Assembly: GCA_016195685.1 (NCBI GenBank)
Contig: JACPZE010000020.1
Location: 21,725 to 85,724, forward strand
Reading direction: 5' to 3'
Length of the DNA stretch: 64,000 bases
Origin: Candidatus Gottesmanbacteria bacterium
GTDB taxonomy: Bacteria > Patescibacteriota > Microgenomatia > 2-02-FULL-39-11
How positions within the stretch are numbered: position 1 is the stretch's first letter; every line of letters starts with the position of its first letter. Below the pieces are notes generated by a model. That model was given only the letters and a program-made list of their open reading frames with translations, did not search any database and was not told the origin of the DNA. Shown in pieces: positions 56,792 through 64,000 of this stretch. The position numbers and the translations under genes were made by a program.

Positions 56792-57411
56792 AAGAACTCC
56801 TAAAAGACGAAAAAAAACGTGTGCGTTTATATTTTCTCTTATCAGGGGTTCTTTTGGTTATATTGGGATTATTGCTTTCCAAGTCTCATAAAAATATAGA
56901 AACCAATCAGAATAAAACTGTAATCATCACTTCGACTTTAGATATCGATACATTTGCCCAAGAACCGGTAAAAATAGATAAAGCCTTAACTACTATCGAT
57001 AAACAAAACGATCAAAAGGCAAAAAATCCTCCCGTGCGTCTCACTATACCAGCCCTTCAGATTGATCTTCCCGTGAAGGAAGCAAAAGTGGTGAAAGGAT
57101 ACTGGGAAGTTTTCCCAGATAGCGCAGCTTTTGGTTTAGGCTCTTCTTACCCGGATGAAGTGGGAAATGAAGTGATATTTGCCCATGCAAGGGATGGTCT
57201 TTTTGCACCTCTGAGAAATGCGAAAGTGGGTCAAAATATAACCGTATTTACCAAAGATAAATGGTATTCTTACAAGATAAATGCAATTAAAGAAGTATTA
57301 CCAAATCAAACGGACGTTATCGGTCCTTCCAAAGATACTGTTTTGACACTTTATACCTGCAGCGGATTTTCTGACAGCAAAAGATTGATAGTGACAGCGC
57401 AAAGAATATAA
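56737..57411 (+). CDS. Sortase (class C60 peptidase)
   Basis: N-terminal TM; RLTIPALQIDLPV; FAHA (His), LTLYTC (Cys), KRLIVTA (Arg); start uncertain. Confidence 0.9.
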   Translation: MSASVHKIKDHHKQSVTLKELLKDEKKRVRLYFLLSGVLLVILGLLLSKSHKNIETNQNKTVIITSTLDIDTFAQEPVKIDKALTTIDKQNDQKAKNPPVRLTIPALQIDLPVKEAKVVKGYWEVFPDSAAFGLGSSYPDEVGNEVIFAHARDGLFAPLRNAKVGQNITVFTKDKWYSYKINAIKEVLPNQTDVIGPSKDTVLTLYTCSGFSDSKRLIVTAQRI

Positions 57412-57462
57412 CCGAAATTTCTTTTGATACAGTTTAAGCTAATCTATTACAAATCCTCATAG

Positions 57463-57490
57463 TTGACACAAAATTTCAACGGAATAGAAT
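57463..57490 (+). promoter_or_regulatory. sigma70-type promoter
   Basis: TTGACA-16 bp-TAGAAT. Confidence 0.65.
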
Positions 57491-57507
57491 AAAACCAATT
57501 TAATATA

Positions 57508-57583
57508 TCCTACCGCCAACGGAGGGGAAATACATTCTTAAACGAAATCAAAAACTAAAATTATGATTCTGTCTATCCCCGTT
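57508..57583 (+). promoter_or_regulatory. Antiterminator-like hairpin (copy 3)
   Basis: TCC-TA-CCG-CCAA-CGG-A-GGG; ACCGCCAACGGAGG identical to 52254-52267; alternative pairing with TCCCCGTT (57576-83). Confidence 0.65.
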
Positions 57584-57610
57584 AAAAGTATTACCCTTAG
57601 GAGATAAAAC

Positions 57611-57631
57611 ACCGCCACAAGGCGGTTTTTT
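57611..57631 (+). terminator. Terminator in leader of 57668 gene
   Basis: ACCGCC-ACAA-GGCGGT-TTTTT. Confidence 0.75.
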
Positions 57632-57667
57632 GATGGCAAGAAGCGGATACTGTTCGCTGTATTTTAT

Positions 57668-60043
57668 ATGAAAATAAAATTTAGAATAGGATATTTTATA
57701 TTCGGCTGTTTACTTGGATTAATTACATTTTTAAACCAAGCCAAACCGGTTGAAGCATTTAGTTTTTCCTTCCTCAAGTTTCCAGATATACCTAGTTTAC
57801 TTCGACTGATTTCTTTTCCAAACTTTCCACCTCTTAGACCTTTACCAACGATTAAACCTTTACCTACACTTCCACCTCTTCGGTCCATCACCAATCCTTT
57901 TGCCTCTCCAACTCCAACTCCGAGTTTAACTCCTACGATGACTCCCACTCGTACTCCAACTCCTGCTCCGACACTTACTCCTAGTTCGACGCCAACGTTA
58001 ACCCCAACTCTCACTCCTACTTTAGCTCCCACCCTCACACCAACTAATACTCCAACACTGACACCTACTAGTACTCCTACCCCGACTGATACCCCCCCAA
58101 TACCCACTCCTACTCCTACAAAAACTCCTACCCCTACACCGACGTTAACGCCTAGTCCAACAGATACGCCTATTCCTACGATGACACCTACTTTGACGCC
58201 TACTCCTACCAATACTCCTACAACAACTCCTACACCAACTCTAACGCCTATTCCAACCGATACCCTAACCCCGACACCATCAAATACACCTACACCAACT
58301 ATCACGCCCACAGATACACTTACTCCAACGCCTACAGAAACACCTATACCGACGTCTACACCGGTACCAACCGATACTCCAACCCCAATCCTAACTCCAA
58401 CTCCGACTAATACTCCTACTCTCACGCCTTCTGATACTCCTACACCTACATTAACTCCAGTTCCAACAGATACACCTACACCAACACCTAGTGATACTCC
58501 TACGCCTACATCGACTCCTATTCCAACAGATACACCAATTCTCAGTCCGACTGATACTCCTACACCCACTATTACTCCAACTCCCAATTTATCAGCGAGT
58601 TTAGTGGCTTATTGGAAATTAAACGAAGGCAGTGGGAATTCTATTCCCGATGATTCTGGTAATAATAAAAGACTCCATGTAAACAATAATTTACCTCCAG
58701 TCTGGTCGAATGATGTACCTCCCAATAACTGGGGAGATACTTTTTCTTACGAAGTACAAAATTCTGCTAACAACTTTTTATACAATGAAAATTTACATAC
58801 CAGCGACTATTGTTTCCCCACCGCATACACTATCGAAGGTTGGTTTAAAGTTTTATCACCACCGATAAATGAAGGAACTTTGATATCTAAATTTGCAGGT
58901 CAAGGATGGTTACTTTGGACTGGTGGTTCTGCAAATCCTTTGGAGTTTAGGCAATATAATCCTTTTTCTCCCATAGTTTCTAATGGTTCTTTGACGTTGC
59001 TTGACGAGTGGCATCACCTCGCTATGGTTTGGGATGGTTTAACTCGTCAGTGGTACATAGATGGTGTGCTTACCAATAGTGATGGCAATAATACTGCTCC
59101 TGGTTGTAATTCAGGATTATTGAATATAGGCGCATATAATAATGGAACTTCTATACCTAATATGCGGGTATCTGAGGTAAGAATATATGATACTGCGCTT
59201 TCCCAAGGACAGATAGAGGCTGACACGGGGGTGTTGTTGCCCACTCTTACACCTTCTCCTACTCCTAGCGATACTCCTACACCTACCTTAACGCCTATAC
59301 CCACAGACACTCCTACACCTACAGATACCCCTGTTCCGACTCCTACAGATACCCCAATCCCGACTCCGTCAGACACACCAACTCCTACCATTACGCCTAT
59401 ACCTACTGTCACACCTTCGCCCACAGACACGCCTATACCTACCCTGACACCATTACCTACAGATACTCCTACTCCCACTCTTTCACCCACCCCTTCTGAT
59501 ACTCCTACACCTACTCCCACTCCAACGCCGCCAAGTGTTGTAATTAACGAAATCATGTGGCCGGGGAGTAGCGCAAGTAGTGCAGATGAATGGATTGAGT
59601 TAAAAAATACTACTTCGAGTCCGATAGATTTGACTAACTGGGTTGTAGAAAAGTTAGGAAATTCTGGCAGTCCTAATATTACCATTCCATCAAGTACAAT
59701 TGGCGCAAATGATTATTTCCTCATAGCGAATTATTTGGAAACTGATAGTCATTCCGTGCTGAATGTTCATCCTGATTTTCAAACAGCCTCTATAAGTTTA
59801 GACAATGCAGGAGAGCAGTTAGTATTAAAAAATAATCTAGGAGTTATTATAGATACAGCCAATGGAAATAGTGCATGGTTTAATGGAGTCAATGGCAACA
59901 ACATAGTTCCAGATAAATCTATGGCTAGAAAAGATCCACCGAATGATGGTACAAACGCATCTAACTGGTTTACTTCTCAAGGGTCGGCCAATTTAGATCC
60001 AGGTGCAACGGAATCGGCAACTCCTAAGAGTAATAATATTTAA
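57668..60043 (+). CDS. Secreted Pro/Thr-rich protein with LamG-like and lamin-tail (LTD) domains
   Basis: Long (TP)n stalks; [12 protein letters not shown]...[10 protein letters not shown]...EVRIYD; VVINEIMW...DEWIELKN. Confidence 0.8.
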   Translation: MKIKFRIGYFIFGCLLGLITFLNQAKPVEAFSFSFLKFPDIPSLLRLISFPNFPPLRPLPTIKPLPTLPPLRSITNPFASPTPTPSLTPTMTPTRTPTPAPTLTPSSTPTLTPTLTPTLAPTLTPTNTPTLTPTSTPTPTDTPPIPTPTPTKTPTPTPTLTPSPTDTPIPTMTPTLTPTPTNTPTTTPTPTLTPIPTDTLTPTPSNTPTPTITPTDTLTPTPTETPIPTSTPVPTDTPTPILTPTPTNTPTLTPSDTPTPTLTPVPTDTPTPTPSDTPTPTSTPIPTDTPILSPTDTPTPTITPTPNLSASLVAYWKLNEGSGNSIPDDSGNNKRLHVNNNLPPVWSNDVPPNNWGDTFSYEVQNSANNFLYNENLHTSDYCFPTAYTIEGWFKVLSPPINEGTLISKFAGQGWLLWTGGSANPLEFRQYNPFSPIVSNGSLTLLDEWHHLAMVWDGLTRQWYIDGVLTNSDGNNTAPGCNSGLLNIGAYNNGTSIPNMRVSEVRIYDTALSQGQIEADTGVLLPTLTPSPTPSDTPTPTLTPIPTDTPTPTDTPVPTPTDTPIPTPSDTPTPTITPIPTVTPSPTDTPIPTLTPLPTDTPTPTLSPTPSDTPTPTPTPTPPSVVINEIMWPGSSASSADEWIELKNTTSSPIDLTNWVVEKLGNSGSPNITIPSSTIGANDYFLIANYLETDSHSVLNVHPDFQTASISLDNAGEQLVLKNNLGVIIDTANGNSAWFNGVNGNNIVPDKSMARKDPPNDGTNASNWFTSQGSANLDPGATESATPKSNNI

Positions 60044-60101
60044 TATCCCTTATTATTTATTTCCTTGAATTTATCCCTATGGTTTGGCACAATGGAAATA
60101 G

Positions 60102-61004
60102 ATGTTTACCAATCTTGCCCAAAAACTTCGTCATTATTTTATTCCGCATGAATCCAACAACTACAGAGCCAGGTCTTTGCATAACTCCGCCATAGTTTTT
60201 TACATTTTGATCATAGTAATCTTTCATTTATCCATGAATATTATGAAACAGCTAAAACCAAATATATTGGGTTATGCCACCGATATTACGATAGAGAAGA
60301 TTTTGTCTTTGGTGAATAAGAAAAGGGTAGAGAATAATCTGCAGCCCCTATCTCTTTCCGACCAGTTGGATATAGCAGCTACAGCAAAAGGTAATGACAT
60401 GTTTAGTAAGAACTATTGGGCACATATCTCACCCACAGGTACGACTCCATGGTCTTTCATAAATGCCTCCGGTTATTCTTATGTTTACGCCGGAGAAAAT
60501 TTGGCCCGTAATTTCAATACCGCAGATGAAGTAATTGAGGCCTGGATGAATTCACCATCTCATAAGGCAAATATTCTTAAGCCGGAATACAAAGATATCG
60601 GTTTGGCGATTATAAACGGCAATCTAAACGGCGAAGACACTACTCTGGTTGTCCAGGAATTTGGTACGCCAAGTAAATCCACCGTGGCAGAAATTATACC
60701 AAATACTCCCAAAGATTTGTCTAATGCCAACGATAGAAAACAATTAGTTCAGGTACAAATTCCAGAGAACCAACTGGGCGCAAATGAGGTATCTATAAAT
60801 AAGTCGCCGATATACTTGCCGAAAGTCAATAAAACTTTTTCGCTTATATTTGCAGAATTTATGCTGGTGGTATTATTTATAGACAGCCTTTATCTTTGGA
60901 AATTTAAGACTCAAAGATTGAGTGGACATAGCCTAGCTCACATAATTTTCCTGGGAGCTCTCATTGGTGCAATGGGAGCCACAGGTATAGGAGTCATATT
61001 GTAA
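60102..61004 (+). CDS. CAP/SCP domain membrane protein
   Basis: YWAHISP, AGENLA, AWMNSPSHKANIL. Confidence 0.9.
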   Translation: MFTNLAQKLRHYFIPHESNNYRARSLHNSAIVFYILIIVIFHLSMNIMKQLKPNILGYATDITIEKILSLVNKKRVENNLQPLSLSDQLDIAATAKGNDMFSKNYWAHISPTGTTPWSFINASGYSYVYAGENLARNFNTADEVIEAWMNSPSHKANILKPEYKDIGLAIINGNLNGEDTTLVVQEFGTPSKSTVAEIIPNTPKDLSNANDRKQLVQVQIPENQLGANEVSINKSPIYLPKVNKTFSLIFAEFMLVVLFIDSLYLWKFKTQRLSGHSLAHIIFLGALIGAMGATGIGVIL

Positions 61005-61265
61005 ATGAAAAAAGATACACATTTCCACATTTTGCATTATCTGGTTTTGATAGTAATTCTTTTATCTGCGGTTGTTGCCTTTTTTGCTTTAGCAGGTAAT
61101 CACCGTATGCAATTTCAGGTCGCTATAATGACTTCTTTTATATATTTTCTTTGGGGAGTGGTACATCATCACCTGGAAGGTGATCTTCATCCCAAAATTG
61201 TGGTAGAATATCTACTCGTAGCTCTTCTTGCTGTATTTTTACTGCAGGGGACAATATTTAGATAA
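61005..61265 (+). CDS. Small 3-TM hypothetical protein
   Basis: Hydrophobic, WGVVHHH; translationally adjacent to upstream gene. Confidence 0.7.
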   Translation: MKKDTHFHILHYLVLIVILLSAVVAFFALAGNHRMQFQVAIMTSFIYFLWGVVHHHLEGDLHPKIVVEYLLVALLAVFLLQGTIFR

Positions 61266-61298
61266 TATGCTTACAATAGTGCAACTTATGGAGAGAAG

Positions 61299-62036
61299 AT
61301 GAAAGGCGTCATACTTGCCGGCGGATTGGGAACCAGACTGTACCCGCTCACTTTTGCTACAAACAAGCATTTGCTTCCCGTCTACAACAAGCCGATGATA
61401 TTTTATCCGGTGACGACACTTGTGAATGCCGGGATTACGGATATTTTGGTTGTTACCAGCGGTCCTCATGCGGGTCATTTTATAAGGGTATTGAAAAACG
61501 GAAAAGAATTAGGCGTGAAACATCTGGAATATGCTTATCAGGAAAAATCAGACGGAGGTATAGCAGACGCTCTTCGTTTGGCTGAAGATTTTGCCGATGG
61601 TGGAAATATTACCGTAATTTTGGGTGACAACACGACTGATTCACAGATAAAAAGGCATGTTGAAAATTTTGATGATGGAGCATTGGTTTTTTTGAAGAAA
61701 ATGCAAAATATAGATCAGCGGAAAAGATTTGGAGTAGCGGTTTTCGATGTAAAAGACAAAACGAAGATAGTGAGTATAGAGGAAAAACCCCATAATCCAC
61801 AAAGTCATTTTGTAGCTACAGGACTTTATATTTACGATAACAAAGTATTTGACTATATAAGACTTTGCCAACCGTCAGATAGAGGTGAGATAGAGATAAC
61901 AGATGTCAACAACAGATATATTGCGGATAGGAGACTAAAGTGGGTAGAACTGGAAGGATTTTGGTCTGACGCCGGAACATTCAACACATTATTTGCCGCC
62001 AATAAATATTGGGCAGAAAAAGACAATCATGAATAA
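61299..62036 (+). CDS. rmlA: Glucose-1-phosphate thymidylyltransferase
   Basis: ILAGGLGTRLYPLT, KHLLPVY, LGDN, RGEIEITD, WSDAGT. Confidence 0.9.
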   Translation: MKGVILAGGLGTRLYPLTFATNKHLLPVYNKPMIFYPVTTLVNAGITDILVVTSGPHAGHFIRVLKNGKELGVKHLEYAYQEKSDGGIADALRLAEDFADGGNITVILGDNTTDSQIKRHVENFDDGALVFLKKMQNIDQRKRFGVAVFDVKDKTKIVSIEEKPHNPQSHFVATGLYIYDNKVFDYIRLCQPSDRGEIEITDVNNRYIADRRLKWVELEGFWSDAGTFNTLFAANKYWAEKDNHE

Positions 62037-62523
62037 GCATAAGATGTATAAAAACGAAAAGATTATATCCGGCGTAATTCGCAAAGAATTGATTCGCCAC
62101 AAAGACGACAGAGGTTTTTTTGAAGAACTCATCAGGATAAATGATGATTTTTTTGCAGAAGGATTCGGCCAACTGTCCCATTCTTATATGTTTCCCGGGG
62201 TGATAAAAGCCTGGCATATACACAAAACCCAGGTAGATTTTTGGTATGTAGCCAAAGGCGATTTGCATGTAGGACTATATGATACTAGAGTTGATTCTCC
62301 AACTTATAAACAATTGAATGAATTCCTTTTGGGTCAGCATGGAGAAAATATAGTACTTAAGATTCCTTCCGGTGTGGCTCATGGTTGTAAAGTTATAGGA
62401 GGAGAGTCAGAGCTATTTTATGTTACGTCAAGTGTATATGATACAAAGCAGGAGGGCAGAATTCCCCATGATGACAAGAATATAGACTACGATTGGGTAA
62501 ATATCCCACCACTTAAACTATGA
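62029..62523 (+). CDS. rmlC: dTDP-4-dehydrorhamnose 3,5-epimerase-like
   Basis: [27 protein letters not shown]. Confidence 0.85.
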   Translation: MNKHKMYKNEKIISGVIRKELIRHKDDRGFFEELIRINDDFFAEGFGQLSHSYMFPGVIKAWHIHKTQVDFWYVAKGDLHVGLYDTRVDSPTYKQLNEFLLGQHGENIVLKIPSGVAHGCKVIGGESELFYVTSSVYDTKQEGRIPHDDKNIDYDWVNIPPLKL

Positions 62524-63533
62524 AACTTTTGGTAACTGGAGGTGCCGGTTTTATCGGCAGCAATTTTATTCATTATTGGCTCAAGAATAATCCTCAAGAT
62601 TTTATTGTCAATTTGGATAAGTTGACTTATGCTGGCAATCTGGAAAATCTTAAAAAAATCAAAGATAATCCAAATTGCCGATTTGTTAAAGGTGACATTT
62701 GCGACGGAAAATTAGTGGATGAAGTTATGGATGGTATAGATATTGTTGTACATTTTGCTGCCGAATCTCATGTAGATCGGTCTATCAAAAGTCCGTCAAT
62801 ATTCATAAAGACCAACATTATAGGAACACAGGTGTTATTGGAGGGAGCTCTAAAGCGTAAAGTAAAGAGGTTTCACCACATATCTACAGATGAAGTGTTC
62901 GGATCGTTAAATTTAGATGATTTGAGTAAATTTGATGAACGAACACCATATAACCCCAGAAGTCCATATTCAGCCAGTAAAGCCGGATCAGATCACTTAG
63001 TCATGTCTTACTTCTATACTTATGGACTTCCGGTTACCATATCGAATTGTTCTAATAATTTTGGCCCTTTCCAATATCCGGAAAAACTTATTCCGCTTGC
63101 AATCACCAATATTTTAGAGGGGAAAACAATTCCCATATACGGAGATGGTTTGTATGTACGTGATTGGCTTTATGTGGAAGATCATTGTAGGGCGATAGAT
63201 TTGATTCTTTCTAGTGGAAAAATAGGAGAAACTTATTGTGTGGGTGGACTTACGGAGGATATAAGCAATTTGGATGTAATAACCAAAATATTAGAAATTA
63301 TGGGTAAAAATAAGGATTGTTTGGAGTTTGTAAAAGATAGAATGGGGCATGACCGAAAATACGCTATAAATTGGTCAAAAATAAAACAGGAGCTGGGTTT
63401 TATACCAGAACACGATTTTACTCATTGGCTGGAGCAAACTGTAAAGTGGTATGAAGAAAATGAAACTTGGTGGAAAAGGCTCAAACAAGATGAGTTTAGT
63501 AATTATTATAAGGAACAATATAACGACCTATGA
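62520..63533 (+). CDS. rmlB: dTDP-glucose 4,6-dehydratase
   Basis: [43 protein letters not shown]. Confidence 0.95.
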   Translation: MKLLVTGGAGFIGSNFIHYWLKNNPQDFIVNLDKLTYAGNLENLKKIKDNPNCRFVKGDICDGKLVDEVMDGIDIVVHFAAESHVDRSIKSPSIFIKTNIIGTQVLLEGALKRKVKRFHHISTDEVFGSLNLDDLSKFDERTPYNPRSPYSASKAGSDHLVMSYFYTYGLPVTISNCSNNFGPFQYPEKLIPLAITNILEGKTIPIYGDGLYVRDWLYVEDHCRAIDLILSSGKIGETYCVGGLTEDISNLDVITKILEIMGKNKDCLEFVKDRMGHDRKYAINWSKIKQELGFIPEHDFTHWLEQTVKWYEENETWWKRLKQDEFSNYYKEQYNDL

Positions 63534-64000
63534 AAATACCTATTTTAGGGACAGGATTATCTGGGTTAGTTGGTTCAAGGATTATGGAGTTATTAGGTGA
63601 TACTTTTGAATTCACCGATCTTAGTTTTGCTACCGGAATCGATATCACCAATTCAGAACAAGTCGTGGAATCATTTCAGAATTCGTCAGCATCCATAGTT
63701 TTACATATGGCTGCCAAAACAGACGTAGATGCATGTGAAGATGATAAAATTTTTGGGGAAGAAGGTCCGGCATGGTTGGTAAATGTCATCGGTACCCAAA
63801 ATATAGTAGAAGCCGCTAAGAAATTTAACAAAAGACTCGTCTACATCTCTACAGATTTTGTTTTTGATGGCACACAAGATAGTTATGCCGAAGATGATAC
63901 TGTTAATCCTCTCAACTGGTATGGATATACCAAATCTGAAGGAGAAAAGTTGGTAAAAGAGGCGGAGATAAGGTTTATGATAGTGAGATTGTCTTATCCT
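63530..64000 (+). CDS. rmlD: dTDP-4-dehydrorhamnose reductase, 3' end outside window
   Basis: [43 protein letters not shown] translated from ATG 63530. Confidence 0.85.
   Translation, partial: MKIPILGTGLSGLVGSRIMELLGDTFEFTDLSFATGIDITNSEQVVESFQNSSASIVLHMAAKTDVDACEDDKIFGEEGPAWLVNVIGTQNIVEAAKKFNKRLVYISTDFVFDGTQDSYAEDDTVNPLNWYGYTKSEGEKLVKEAEIRFMIVRLSYP

Noticed and set aside
57664-59685. Long minus-strand (GV)n ORFs (57664-58587, 59047-59685)
   Set aside because: Antisense shadows of Pro/Thr codon repeats in the 57668 gene

Overview
AT-rich bacterial chromosome segment. Gene content and style suggest Patescibacteria/CPR (Microgenomates-like): many GT-C/GT2/GT4 enzymes, Pro/Thr-rich surface proteins, CAP proteins, half-length TsaB and AT-rich heptamer repeats. 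This assignment is inference. From left to right: the tail of a LysW-type (aminoadipate) lysine operon (lysY-lysZ-lysJ plus an Ntn hydrolase where lysK usually sits); a Lys(AAG) T-box leader ahead of a divergent homocitrate-synthase-like gene and a class I LysRS fused to a B3/4 domain; secA; a GC-rich lipoprotein island flanked by structured non-coding elements; a glycosylation cluster; a LysW-like/PLP/ATP-grasp trio; prfB-ftsEX with a circularly permuted M23 protein; tsaE-tsaC-tsaB; a subtilase; a ~16 kb surface-structure locus; and rmlACBD. The main candidate novel system is the 44-60 kb locus. It has three secreted Asn/Thr-rich repeat proteins, a sortase with a candidate substrate and several GT-C enzymes. 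Three leaders in it carry a conserved CCG-CMAA-CGG-A hairpin that overlaps or precedes intrinsic terminators, and one of these directly follows a small DUF2292/YezD-like gene. Together this suggests a small-protein/RNA antitermination regulon controlling a fibre or surface layer. No rRNA, tRNA, CRISPR array or transposase was recognised. All calls come from reading the sequence; no searches were run.
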